A stretch of DNA of 64,000 bases from a virus. Taxonomy: Duplodnaviria > Caudoviricetes. Position numbers and translations under genes: made by a program. The notes beneath the pieces were generated by a model, which worked only from the letters and a program-made list of their open reading frames with translations, did no database searches and was not told the DNA's origin. The DNA is taken from positions 1 to 64,000 of the IMG/VR virus record IMGVR_UViG_3300044728_000163. The stretch is one strand, 5' to 3'. Shown piece after piece: positions 23,660 to 32,477 of the stretch (position 1 is its first letter; the number at the start of each line of letters is the position of its first letter).

Positions 23660-24139
23660 CTAGAAGGGAATCGAGTCGTCCTCGATGGTGCCAGCCGGGA
23701 CCGCCTTACGCGCCGCCGCCGGACGCGCCGCCGGTTTCGCCGCCGTCGCCTCGGCCTCGATGTAGTCACGCACGCTGTTGGACGGTCCATACTCGCCACG
23801 CGCGGGCCGCAACGCCAGGTTCAGCTTGCCGGTCTTGCCCTGGCAATCCCAGGCATCCAGTTCGCCGCTTTCATATTCCGCGATCAGGCCAACCGCGGCG
23901 CAGAAATGCCGCACCTTCCACTGGCTTTTCTCATCCGCGCCCAAATAATCAAAAACCTTGCGCTGTTCGCCCTTGGTGTTGAACACCAGAAGCGTCAGCT
24001 TCATCTGGTCGCGGCCACTCGCCTTGGAGGTTTCATCCTCCGCGAGTTCGACCTCGAAATCGTAGGTGCCTGACGGCCACGGCACGAAGTTGCCGCCTTT
24101 ATCAGCTTCTTCCTTCGACATTGTGGTAGGGATTCTCAT
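23660..24139 (-). CDS. DUF669-family single-stranded DNA-binding protein
   Basis: PSGTYDFEV..AEDETSK.SG..MKLT..V..FDYL..WK...F; acidic DDSIPF tail. Confidence 0.85.
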   Translation of the reverse strand: MRIPTTMSKEEADKGGNFVPWPSGTYDFEVELAEDETSKASGRDQMKLTLLVFNTKGEQRKVFDYLGADEKSQWKVRHFCAAVGLIAEYESGELDAWDCQGKTGKLNLALRPARGEYGPSNSVRDYIEAEATAAKPAARPAAARKAVPAGTIEDDSIPF

Positions 24140-24363
24140 CTGGGTTTCTCCATTGTTAAGGACACGATCGACGCCACCAACCTGGCGACATCGCCTTCAT
24201 TCAGCCAGACCCGGCGCACCGAACCACGTCCAATGCCGATCGACAGAATGTTACACTTCGCCACCCGGTCATGAACCAGTTCAAGGACCATCGGTGGTTC
24301 GGTTTCCATGACCACGCGCCGCAGCACACGCGGCGAGCGCGAGGGCACCGGTTTGAACTTCAT
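24136..24363 (-). CDS. Hypothetical protein
   Basis: ATGA overlaps on both sides. Confidence 0.6.
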   Translation of the reverse strand: MKFKPVPSRSPRVLRRVVMETEPPMVLELVHDRVAKCNILSIGIGRGSVRRVWLNEGDVARLVASIVSLTMEKPR

Positions 24364-24722
24364 TCCTTCATCGCGATCCGGATGTCGTAAGCACCGGTCT
24401 TTGGATCACGGCCAACGATCTTTCCGAAACCGCAACACATGGCTATTACACCCATGGTAGATTTATCCATCCGCCATTCCATGACCGGAGGCGCGTTGAG
24501 AACAAACATCGCGCCCACGAACATCTCGAAATAGTCTTTCGCTTCCGGAATGTCCCAGACCTCGCGCGGATCATCATCGAATCCGCTGATCATCAGGTGG
24601 AGATCCGCGAACGGATATCGCCGCATCGCCATGATCACGATTTCCGCCGCCGCCATGGCGTTGAAGGAGGTCAGTTCCCCCGCCCCGCCGATCTCGATGA
24701 AGGCCGCGTCGAACCCTTCCAT
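24360..24722 (-). CDS. Hypothetical protein
   Basis: TGATG coupling. Confidence 0.65.
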   Translation of the reverse strand: MEGFDAAFIEIGGAGELTSFNAMAAAEIVIMAMRRYPFADLHLMISGFDDDPREVWDIPEAKDYFEMFVGAMFVLNAPPVMEWRMDKSTMGVIAMCCGFGKIVGRDPKTGAYDIRIAMKE

Positions 24723-25639
24723 CAGCCACCCGCCTGACTGATCTTGTTCTGCAGATAGACGATCGCCTTGCCGATGCGCTCCTCCGTCATCTCATCCCAC
24801 GCGGAGACGTTCGCCGCGGCCAGCCACTTATCCACCGTTCCATCTTCCAAACGAACAATGTCCAGCAACCGCGCCACCTCGGCCAGTTGTTCCGGTGTGG
24901 CGAAGCTTTCCTTTACCGGCGTCTCCTCGATCACATCGCCGATGCGGGTGGCCAGTTCCTCGTAATTACAATCGAAAGTGTCGCCTTGTGGAAAGGCCGC
25001 GAGCCGGGTCTTGCGGACCCTGGCGAGACGCCTCGATCCCGCCTTGAACATGCCGATGGCGAGGTCCAGTTCGTACTCCAACCTGGGCCAGCAGTCGAAT
25101 GTCGTTCCGATCTGGGCACGTTCTCCGTTCACCAGACCCCACTCAGCCGTCTCACCCGCGATCAGAATGACGTTCATGTTCAGTCTGGGAAGCCACGCCA
25201 CCAGTTGCCGCATCGCGCCCACGGCTGGTTTCCGATCCGCACCGAATTCGTTCTTTTTGCCAGCGTCCTGCAGCCTCTCCGCTTCCCTGGCGATCTCGTT
25301 GGTGAAGACTTTCGTTATGCTATCGATGACCAGGGTCTTGCGATCATGCTCAGTCGTGGCCAGCGCCTTGACCTGGTCAAGCACCACATCAAGCGATGCC
25401 GCGCCTTCATCGGGACCAAGATATAAAGCCCCGGCGTCGATCAGCCTTTGACGATACTCCGGCTGCGTCGCGCCGCCCTCCGAATCGATAAAATACACGT
25501 CGGGAAATTGCGTCGTCAGCACCGTCTTGCCGACGCCACTCGGCCCATACAGCAGTATGGTCGGGTGCCTCGCCTGTATAATCGTGGCGGCGGTGCCGAG
25601 AAGTTTAGTTCGCCTTTTCGTCGTGGTTCCGTCTGGCAT
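24722..25639 (-). CDS. Sak4-like (AAA_24) recombination ATPase
   Basis: LLYGPSGVGKT, FIDSEGG, LVIDSIT, VILIAGE; adjacent to DUF669 SSB. Confidence 0.85.
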   Translation of the reverse strand: MPDGTTTKRRTKLLGTAATIIQARHPTILLYGPSGVGKTVLTTQFPDVYFIDSEGGATQPEYRQRLIDAGALYLGPDEGAASLDVVLDQVKALATTEHDRKTLVIDSITKVFTNEIAREAERLQDAGKKNEFGADRKPAVGAMRQLVAWLPRLNMNVILIAGETAEWGLVNGERAQIGTTFDCWPRLEYELDLAIGMFKAGSRRLARVRKTRLAAFPQGDTFDCNYEELATRIGDVIEETPVKESFATPEQLAEVARLLDIVRLEDGTVDKWLAAANVSAWDEMTEERIGKAIVYLQNKISQAGG

Positions 25640-25775
25640 TTTTGTTTCCTCGAAACTGATCGATGATTCGTCGGATCAAATCCGACACGGTTATCCCGAG
25701 CCGGTCAGCTTCTTCGCGAAGATAAGAAATCTGTGGCTGGGTGAATTGAACTGTGCGCCTTGATAGTTCGCTCAT
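25605..25775 (-). CDS. CopG-like RHH protein (56 aa), absent from ORF track
   Basis: GGAGGAG RBS; RRTVQFTQPQISYLREEADRLGITVSDLIRRIIDQF. Confidence 0.75.
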   Translation of the reverse strand: MSELSRRTVQFTQPQISYLREEADRLGITVSDLIRRIIDQFRGNKNARRNHDEKAN

Positions 25776-25820
25776 GGCTCCTCCATCGAGGTGCGAATTG
25801 GCACCTCAAAAACAATCCTG

Positions 25821-26069
25821 TCAAGGATAAATATCGATGCTGATTCGCACCCGCACCACGCGTGGTATTTTCATCCCGTGCGGCTCCACGCGCGCGTCCC
25901 GACGCCGCGCGATCCAGCCATGCTTCTCCCAGCACCACGCCCGCGCCTCGCGCCTGGTGGCGAACAGGCGGGTGCCGGTCGTGCCGTTCGGAACACCCTC
26001 CAACCACGATCGATCGCCATCCAGTTTGTTGACCGATCGATGCAGGATCGCCCAGGCGAACGTGGTCAC
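25821..26069 (-). CDS. Hypothetical protein
   Basis: GTGA coupling. Confidence 0.6.
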   Translation of the reverse strand: MTTFAWAILHRSVNKLDGDRSWLEGVPNGTTGTRLFATRREARAWCWEKHGWIARRRDARVEPHGMKIPRVVRVRISIDIYP

Positions 26070-26329
26070 TCATCCCGCTCCATATCCTCGCGCGCCTCGC
26101 GCACGATCCGCAGTGTGATCGGGTCTGGCCGCGACCACATCGGGCGCTCTTCCACGACCTCGACCGGCGGCGGCGGGTCGGGCCGCGGCCTCCAGTCACG
26201 CAGGATCTGGCCGACACGGGCGCGGCTGATGCCATGCAGCCTGGCGATGGTCGTCTGACTCAGACCAGCGGCGAACTGGGCATGGACCTCGGCGTTCCGC
26301 GCTTCTTTGTTCACGGGGGCAGCCTCCAT
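26066..26329 (-). CDS. Sigma70 region 4-like HTH protein
   Basis: RNAEV...AGLSQTTIARLHGISRARVGQIL. Confidence 0.75.
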   Translation of the reverse strand: MEAAPVNKEARNAEVHAQFAAGLSQTTIARLHGISRARVGQILRDWRPRPDPPPPVEVVEERPMWSRPDPITLRIVREAREDMERDE

Positions 26330-26330
26330 C

Positions 26331-26528
26331 TCAACGAAATGCTTCAGACAGTGGTCCCTTTGGGTGGCGTTTCAGTTCGGCCTTAATCGCCTTGTCGGTC
26401 CAAATGCGATGGGCCAACGGACACATGCCTGGCGCGTAGCTGGGGAGACTGGACAGACAAAGTGGGGCGCATTGCTTTGTTCCGATGGAGCGGCACGCGG
26501 CCTGTTGTGCTGGTGTCGCGTCCGTCAT
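26331..26528 (-). CDS. Cys-rich hypothetical protein
   Basis: ATGA overlap with the RusA-like stop. Confidence 0.55.
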   Translation of the reverse strand: MTDATPAQQAACRSIGTKQCAPLCLSSLPSYAPGMCPLAHRIWTDKAIKAELKRHPKGPLSEAFR

Positions 26529-26968
26529 AACGGCAACCGCCACTGCAGCCCCTTCGATTTAGGTCGACGCCATTCCTTGCCCACGTAACGCGGTGGGGCC
26601 TGTGGCCTGACGCCGCCCATCTCCGGTAAAAGAAACAGCGCCACCATGACATCGAGCCGCTCGATCGGTCGCACGATCAACTCATGCACATTGCCGTCGT
26701 TGCTGACCACACCGACATGTTCCAAAAGGTCCATGGTGGCTTTTTCCCAGTTTCCGGTATCCCGTTTCGATATCGGAACCTCGATGAGACAATTGAATCG
26801 GCACGTCACCTTTGGCATGCCAACCGTCTGCATCTTAACTTCCCACCCGGCCCGATTGATCCAGGCGACATAGTCGGGCGATCGCACCCGTGCCCGCCCA
26901 TTTCCTCGTATCCACAGGGCATTGGTGCTGGGACCGCCGGTCATCGTCAGCACCCGGTCGGGCGGCAC
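26525..26968 (-). CDS. rusA: RusA-like Holliday junction resolvase
   Basis: PSTNALW..RSPDY..W, RDTGNWEKATMDLL..GVVSND..V. Confidence 0.75.
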   Translation of the reverse strand: MPPDRVLTMTGGPSTNALWIRGNGRARVRSPDYVAWINRAGWEVKMQTVGMPKVTCRFNCLIEVPISKRDTGNWEKATMDLLEHVGVVSNDGNVHELIVRPIERLDVMVALFLLPEMGGVRPQAPPRYVGKEWRRPKSKGLQWRLPL

Positions 26969-27047
26969 GCTGCTCCAGTGAGGTCCGCTCACCGAATGCC
27001 GCCGCCCGACAATTGGCACCCATCAACGGCAACGCCAGCCGAGCATA

Positions 27048-27353
27048 TCACAACCACGTCTCCTGTATCTCTTGCGGATCATTGGGATCGGCGACCGCCA
27101 TGACCAGCCCAGGCGGCAGCAAGGTCCGCAATTCCTCCAACGTGTCATGGCTCATGACGAACCGCGTGCGCCTCAGTTCAGGCAGGATGATATGCATTCG
27201 GGTCACCCAGAGGCCTGGATACTCGCGGGTAACCGGCTTGTAGATCACCCATATAGGCATGCGTTTTCTCAGCTTATCGTGCAACCGCCGCATATAGTCC
27301 GCGTCCCGGATAAGAACGATCGGGAAACCATCGGCGCGCCACCAGGTGGTCAC
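27048..27353 (-). CDS. Hypothetical protein
   Basis: W.IY.P.T..YPG.WV.R..TLEELR..LPPGL..DP..I.ETWL phage motif. Confidence 0.7.
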   Translation of the reverse strand: MTTWWRADGFPIVLIRDADYMRRLHDKLRKRMPIWVIYKPVTREYPGLWVTRMHIILPELRRTRFVMSHDTLEELRTLLPPGLVMAVADPNDPQEIQETWL

Positions 27354-27622
27354 CGGGTGCGCCCACCCAGCATGCTAAAGCCGCCCGGTCCCAGCTTTGG
27401 CCGATCCGGTGCCGGTAACGGCTTCACTGGCCGTTCGACCGGTGGCGGCTTGCGGTTCCACCTCCCGGCTTGCCACAGCACTTCGTGTTCGGACGGGTAC
27501 CATCCCAGGACCGGACGCAGCCGCCCCCTGATCGCGCCGACATAGACATTTGACAGCGTCAGCCGGTCCAACAGCGCCAAGGCCTCTGGGGGCCACGTTC
27601 GCTCCCTCTGATCGTACAGCAT
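27350..27622 (-). CDS. Hypothetical protein
   Basis: GAGGAGAGGGAG RBS; GTGA coupling downstream. Confidence 0.6.
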   Translation of the reverse strand: MLYDQRERTWPPEALALLDRLTLSNVYVGAIRGRLRPVLGWYPSEHEVLWQAGRWNRKPPPVERPVKPLPAPDRPKLGPGGFSMLGGRTR

Positions 27623-27842
27623 TCCGCTCCCTCTCCTCGTTCATCATGGCCGTCAGTTTAGCCAGCGCCCTTGGCGAATTCCGTTGCATGTAGCGCCACA
27701 GGTGCCACGCCTCGCGGCGTTCGCGATCGGCACGACCGCGATTGTATTTTTGTTGGCAGTCCGATGAGCAATAGCGTTTGTGCGCCATCGCCTTGTGACC
27801 CGGCCCGGTCGGGATCAACTTCCCGCATCGCTGGCAATTCAC
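27375..27842 (-). CDS. Zn-finger protein whose C-terminus overlaps the next gene
   Basis: CQRCGK..YCSSDC; GTGA coupling upstream. Confidence 0.55.
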   Translation of the reverse strand: MNCQRCGKLIPTGPGHKAMAHKRYCSSDCQQKYNRGRADRERREAWHLWRYMQRNSPRALAKLTAMMNEERERNAVRSEGANVAPRGLGAVGPADAVKCLCRRDQGAAASGPGMVPVRTRSAVASREVEPQAATGRTASEAVTGTGSAKAGTGRL

Positions 27843-28054
27843 GCGGCCCCCATCAGTTTTCTGTCGTACAGATTCGGCTCGCCGGTCCTGACCTCATGCT
27901 CCCAGCGCGCCGCCTGGGCATCCATCCGGATCGCCGCTTCCAGGCGGGTGATCGACAAGATGCTACCCCCGCCGCCGGTCAGCATGATCTCAGGCATGCC
28001 CTGGCCATGTTCCCAGCGCAGATCATCCGCCATGTCGCGGCAGACCTTGACCAT
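27839..28054 (-). CDS. Hypothetical protein (71 aa)
   Basis: TAATG coupling at 28052-28056. Confidence 0.55.
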   Translation of the reverse strand: MVKVCRDMADDLRWEHGQGMPEIMLTGGGGSILSITRLEAAIRMDAQAARWEHEVRTGEPNLYDRKLMGAA

Positions 28055-28296
28055 TACGTGGGGAATGATTGGACGGTAACGTCCCGCTCCGCGGGGTTTG
28101 TACGCACGCCACGTTCCTTTTGTATCGTATCGGCCAAGAGGCACAGCGCCTCGGCTATGATCGCTTTCCGGTAATGATCCGGTTGATCCAACATGTTCAT
28201 CCCGCCCAGGCCCAGATACTGATTGGCCAGGGTCCGAACCTCCCACAACGTCGCTCCGCTTGGTGGTGCCTTCATTTTCCATCCCCTTATCCTCAT
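28054..28296 (-). CDS. Hypothetical protein
   Basis: ATGA overlap with dnaN stop; alternative start 28275. Confidence 0.55.
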   Translation of the reverse strand: MRIRGWKMKAPPSGATLWEVRTLANQYLGLGGMNMLDQPDHYRKAIIAEALCLLADTIQKERGVRTNPAERDVTVQSFPT

Positions 28297-29486
28297 GCCC
28301 GTAGTGGCCCGCTGACATAAGTCACGCTGGCGTCATCCTCATCCGAAACCAGGAACGGCGCGCTCGCGTTGAAACCGAACACCAGCCGCCCCTTCGCCAG
28401 CTTCGCCGGTTCGATCAGCGAGGCGGCGTTGAAGGCGATCGTCGCCTTGTCGCCCGTGTAGGTGAACGACCCCTCCGGCAGTTCGGAGACGATCTGATCG
28501 TTGCCCTCACCGCCGGTCACGCCGACACGGTCCTTTGACATCGACAGCCTGACCCATGGCTTCTTCTTTTCCTCGCGCGAGAACAGCGCCGCCAGTTCGA
28601 TCACCTCGACCAGCGCCTTGCCGTTGACCGTCAGAACGTGCGGTCCAGCCGGAGGGATCACCCTGAGATAATCGGGGAAGGTCGCCGCGATCAACTTGGT
28701 CAGCAGAACCATCTCGCCCACCGTGGCGACGAGCGCCGCCTCGGTGATCGACAGGTCGACCGTGTCGGCTCCGCGCAGCAGCCGCTCCAGTTCATCCGCC
28801 GCCGGGGCGGGGACGATGATGTCGGGCATACCATCGGCCCCCGGCGGCACCGGGACGGCGATGACGGCCAGTTCATTGCCGTTGGTTGACGCGGCGCGCA
28901 TCCGCGCCTCATCCTCTTCACCGCGCACGTTCAGCGATACACCACAGAGGTAGAACCTGGTTTGCTCCTGGGAGATGGCGTAATGCACCCGCGCCAGCAT
29001 ATCGGCCAGCGTGGCCGCGGACATGACGAACTCGGTGGTCTTGTCGGGCCGCAGCGAGAACACGGGGAAGTCCGACAACGGCCACAGCGTGATCGTCACC
29101 CGCGTCGCACCGGATCGCACCACCAGCGCCGCACCGGCGAATTCCAGCGTCGTATCGCCCTCCGGTGGCAGACGGCGGATGACCGACGCCAGCTTGTCCC
29201 AGTCGACGCAGCCGCCGCCCACGCCGACACCAGTGATGGTGATGGTCTGGCGCAGCGCCTGTTCCAGGTTCGATGACTCGATGGTCAACCGGCCACCGCC
29301 CGCGGTCAGGGCGACGCAGTTCAGGATCGGCAGCGTCCCGCCGCGGGTGACGAACCCGGCGGCACGCGCCAGCGCGGCGGCGAACGTCTTGTTGCCGACG
29401 CGGATTTCCATCAGGTCCGACGTGGCCTGGACCGGAGCGGCCTTCGCCGCCCGCGGTTTCCTCTCCCTCTGTTTTACTTCACTCAT
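28293..29486 (-). CDS. dnaN: DNA polymerase III beta sliding clamp
   Basis: LPILNCV, SSNLE, YAISQEQTRFYLCGV, ASTNG.EL, IVP, TKLI..TFPDY.RVIP, IAFNA..L. Confidence 0.92.
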   Translation of the reverse strand: MSEVKQRERKPRAAKAAPVQATSDLMEIRVGNKTFAAALARAAGFVTRGGTLPILNCVALTAGGGRLTIESSNLEQALRQTITITGVGVGGGCVDWDKLASVIRRLPPEGDTTLEFAGAALVVRSGATRVTITLWPLSDFPVFSLRPDKTTEFVMSAATLADMLARVHYAISQEQTRFYLCGVSLNVRGEEDEARMRAASTNGNELAVIAVPVPPGADGMPDIIVPAPAADELERLLRGADTVDLSITEAALVATVGEMVLLTKLIAATFPDYLRVIPPAGPHVLTVNGKALVEVIELAALFSREEKKKPWVRLSMSKDRVGVTGGEGNDQIVSELPEGSFTYTGDKATIAFNAASLIEPAKLAKGRLVFGFNASAPFLVSDEDDASVTYVSGPLRA

Positions 29487-29689
29487 GATGCCCTTTTCCT
29501 TTGTGTCGTGACCAGCGCCGCCTCGATCTTACGCCGCATGCCGGTCCTGACCCTGCGACCATTGCGAAGATCAAGAACAAGATGGGAATCGCCAGCCACG
29601 CGCTTGCCGAACGCCGTGCCCGTCTCCCCGGTTTCCCGCAGATAGACTTCAATGGCTCGTAGTAACTCTTTTTCCACTACCTCATACAT
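29483..29689 (-). CDS. Cro-like HTH regulator
   Basis: ELLRAIEVYLRETG..GTAFG..VAGD..LV.DLR.GR. Confidence 0.8.
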   Translation of the reverse strand: MYEVVEKELLRAIEVYLRETGETGTAFGKRVAGDSHLVLDLRNGRRVRTGMRRKIEAALVTTQRKRAS

Positions 29690-29718
29690 TGGGGCATTCC
29701 CTCACAATTGTTTTACCC

Positions 29719-29776
29719 CGTCAACAGCAGAGGGGACATTTTCCCACTTGACGACTTATACAACCGCTGCCATGAA
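29719..29776. promoter_or_regulatory. Divergent promoter pair
   Basis: TTGACG on + (29748-29753) and on - (29724-29719) in an AT-richer gap between divergent operons; -10 boxes degenerate. Confidence 0.5.
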
Positions 29777-29802
29777 GGTCAGGCATTCAGAAGGGAAACC
29801 CG

Positions 29803-30285
29803 ATGCCAACCAAACGCCACGCGGTCCAGACCATCGTTCGCTCCGCTGACCTCGCCACCGATTTCGGCCTGGAATGGGCCACCAAACTGTTCGGCGCGGA
29901 GGCCATCGCCTCGCTGCCCGTCCGCTCTGTCGGCAAGAACAAGGGCGCGCCCAAGGGCCACGTCCTCTGGGAAAAGGCGGCGACCGCCGGTTACGTCCCT
30001 CACCTCGGCCACGCCGTCGCCGTTGGCTCGCTCATGGGAGCCTGGATCGGCGGCTCCAACCAGACACCCCGCGGCGCGGCGGTGTCGGGCAAATGGCTGG
30101 GCCGGGTCCAGACCCTCGCCGCCTCATCCTATTACCTGTTCGAACAGGGCCGCGAGCGGCACGCCGCTGAAGTGGCGGCGAACGAGGCCCGCATCGCGGA
30201 ACAGCGGGCCGAGTGGCTCGCGGAGGAAGCCGAAATCGACGCCGAGATCGCCCGCCGCCTCGCCGCCAAAGCGGAGGCGGCATGA
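29803..30285 (+). CDS. Hypothetical protein
   Basis: ATG after AAGGGAAACCCG; coiled-coil C-terminus. Confidence 0.75.
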   Translation: MPTKRHAVQTIVRSADLATDFGLEWATKLFGAEAIASLPVRSVGKNKGAPKGHVLWEKAATAGYVPHLGHAVAVGSLMGAWIGGSNQTPRGAAVSGKWLGRVQTLAASSYYLFEQGRERHAAEVAANEARIAEQRAEWLAEEAEIDAEIARRLAAKAEAA

Positions 30286-30470
30286 GCGTCACTCTTACCC
30301 GCCACTGGTCGGACGATGCCGAGTGGCTCGTCCTCGAGGGTGGCCATCACCTGGGCAGCATCCTCTGGCTGTCCCAGCCCATGCTGTGGCGCGCCCTGGC
30401 GCACGACCGTCGCCCGGTGCGCCACTTCGAAGAGATGAATGACGCCATCACCTACCTGGAGAACAACTGA
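30282..30470 (+). CDS. Hypothetical protein
   Basis: ATGA coupling, GGAGG RBS. Confidence 0.7.
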   Translation: MSVTLTRHWSDDAEWLVLEGGHHLGSILWLSQPMLWRALAHDRRPVRHFEEMNDAITYLENN

Positions 30471-30679
30471 TGACCGACTACAAATACATCCGCGCCTGGG
30501 GCCTCATGATGAACTCCATGGAGTATTACATCCGCGGCGAGGTCGACAGAGCGCGCCGCGAGAAGGCACCCGCCGACGCGATCTACAAGAACCACGATGG
30601 CAAGTGGGCCACCTACGCCACCATCGCCCGCGACGACACGCGGACGCTGTTGGACCGGCTGGTCGAGGGGGTTCAGTGA
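30470..30679 (+). CDS. Hypothetical protein
   Basis: TGATG coupling, GGAG RBS. Confidence 0.75.
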   Translation: MTDYKYIRAWGLMMNSMEYYIRGEVDRARREKAPADAIYKNHDGKWATYATIARDDTRTLLDRLVEGVQ

Positions 30680-30825
30680 TGCTGAACCACCCTCTCGCCT
30701 GGCACCGTCACCACCGCCGCCGCCTGACCGAGCGGCTGGAAGCCTTTCTGGAGTGGCTTCCAGACTCCCTCATGGTGATCGCCCTGACCGCCGCCGTGCT
30801 GGTCCTCGTCATGGTGGCGACATGA
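30679..30825 (+). CDS. Small membrane protein (48 aa)
   Basis: TGATG coupling; C-terminal TM helix. Confidence 0.6.
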   Translation: MLNHPLAWHRHHRRRLTERLEAFLEWLPDSLMVIALTAAVLVLVMVAT

Positions 30826-31022
30826 GCCACTTCCGAGTCCGCTGGAAACATCAGGGCAACCACGTCTACGCCCGCGTGTTCGCCGCCGGTCATGAAACCG
30901 GCGGCTACGCCATGAACGGCCAACTGGTGTTCCGCGAGGACGAGTGGTTCGCGTTCGCGCGCTGCTTCGACAGCGACGGAAGCGATACCGTCAAATTCAT
31001 CCCAGAGGAAAACCAACCATGA
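30822..31022 (+). CDS. Hypothetical protein (66 aa)
   Basis: ATGA coupling. Confidence 0.7.
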   Translation: MSHFRVRWKHQGNHVYARVFAAGHETGGYAMNGQLVFREDEWFAFARCFDSDGSDTVKFIPEENQP

Positions 31023-31228
31023 CCGACGAACGACTGCCAGAAAGGGATAAGGAAACATACATCGGTGATGGCCTGTACGTGTCCCTCGATGGCTACCGGG
31101 TCTGGCTCCGCGCGCCTCGCCCTGAAGGCGATCACCACATCGCCCTGGAACCGGAAGTCTGGCGCGCGTTGCGCGCCTGGATCGACAGCCACTCGCTCCT
31201 GAAGCTGCACATGGAGGGCAAGCGATGA
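31019..31228 (+). CDS. Conserved phage hypothetical protein
   Basis: TYIGDGLYVS.DGY.VWL..IALEP.V motif. Confidence 0.75.
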   Translation: MTDERLPERDKETYIGDGLYVSLDGYRVWLRAPRPEGDHHIALEPEVWRALRAWIDSHSLLKLHMEGKR

Positions 31229-31455
31229 GCCGCGCCGATCAGATCAACCGCTACCTGGCCCGCGGTGGCATTGTCAGGCTGCGCGCCGATGGTCCCGAGT
31301 GGCGCACCATCACCGCCGCCAACCACATGTTCTCGGAGTGGACTTTTGTGACGTTTAACGACGGCACCGAGCGCGTCCTGGGCACTGAGGCGAACGACAG
31401 CTTCACCCTGGAATACGCGCCGGGGCCTGACTTCGTAAGGGGAGAGCAACCATGA
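31225..31455 (+). CDS. Hypothetical protein
   Basis: ATGA coupling. Confidence 0.65.
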   Translation: MSRADQINRYLARGGIVRLRADGPEWRTITAANHMFSEWTFVTFNDGTERVLGTEANDSFTLEYAPGPDFVRGEQP

Positions 31456-31727
31456 CCGACAGACCGACCGGCTGGATCGAACCGCCGGACCCCACCGTGC
31501 GAGGCCGCTGGTGGCTCACCCGCCGCGAGGCCGATAGCGCCCCCGGCTACAGCGGCTCGCCGATCCTGCCCGACCTCCGCGTTTGCTGGGAGTGGAACGT
31601 CGAGGAGGCTTGCTGGATCAAGGGCACTCTGAGAGACAAGCAGAACCGCCCGATCCCGCACAACGTCGTGATCCACAGCAATAATGGCTGGCGCATCGAA
31701 GGCCCGTTCGAAAAGCGGGAGCCATGA
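31452..31727 (+). CDS. Hypothetical Trp-rich protein
   Basis: ATGA coupling. Confidence 0.65.
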   Translation: MTDRPTGWIEPPDPTVRGRWWLTRREADSAPGYSGSPILPDLRVCWEWNVEEACWIKGTLRDKQNRPIPHNVVIHSNNGWRIEGPFEKREP

Positions 31728-32098
31728 TGCGCTCGTTCATATGGGTAAAAGGCCGGTCAGTCGAAGTGTTCCCCGATCCAAACAAAGACCGCACCCGCCT
31801 GTTCGCCAACCAGGTGTTCGCGCTGCACGAGGAGATTTACGAGATCGAACTCAACTGGGATACGCCAGATGGCCCCTGGTTCGCGCACAGGCTTCTCCAG
31901 GTGGCGCTCGATGATCAGGTCGCTTTCCTCCACGACGCCGATCCCTGGCGCGAGGAACTGCGCGACATCCGCGCCGCCAACACGTTGCGCCCCGGCAAGG
32001 CGCTGGAGTTGCTTTACGCCCTGGCCTGGGACGGCGGCGGCTGGCGACCGGAGGGTGAGACATTCGGCTGGATCGACCGGCTGGAGGACCAGGCATGA
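31724..32098 (+). CDS. Hypothetical protein
   Basis: ATGA coupling. Confidence 0.7.
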   Translation: MMRSFIWVKGRSVEVFPDPNKDRTRLFANQVFALHEEIYEIELNWDTPDGPWFAHRLLQVALDDQVAFLHDADPWREELRDIRAANTLRPGKALELLYALAWDGGGWRPEGETFGWIDRLEDQA

Positions 32099-32313
32099 CC
32101 ATCAGGGACGACATGGGAATGGTTCAGGTCGCGCTCGCGCGCATCGCCGATCCCACCGAGCGCGAACGGACCATCGAAGCGTTCCACCGCATCATCCTGG
32201 AGATGTACGACATGAAGGCCCGCATCCGTTCGGCCCAGGAGACGCTGGCCGACATACGCGAACAACTCGAAAGCCAGATGGAATTCTGGAAGCCCAACGG
32301 GGACAAGTCCTGA
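32095..32313 (+). CDS. Coiled-coil hypothetical protein
   Basis: ATGA coupling, GGAGG RBS. Confidence 0.7.
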   Translation: MTIRDDMGMVQVALARIADPTERERTIEAFHRIILEMYDMKARIRSAQETLADIREQLESQMEFWKPNGDKS

Positions 32314-32408
32314 TGCTGCACCTCACGAGTTGCGAGATCGTCTGTCACCCCAAAACGTGCCAGCACGACTGCCTTGGCCTCGGCTACTGCGTCCGCGCCG
32401 TGGACAAC

Positions 32409-32438
32409 AAAAAAGCCCAGAGCCGTGAGGCTCTGGGC
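32409..32438 (-). terminator. Rho-independent terminator of the late (- strand) operon
   Basis: GCCCAGAGCC-GTGA-GGCTCTGGGC perfect 10-bp stem plus 6 U on the - strand. Confidence 0.85.
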
Positions 32439-32477
32439 GAGGTGGAACGGGTGTGCGCGGTCGCGGGGGCGACCGCG

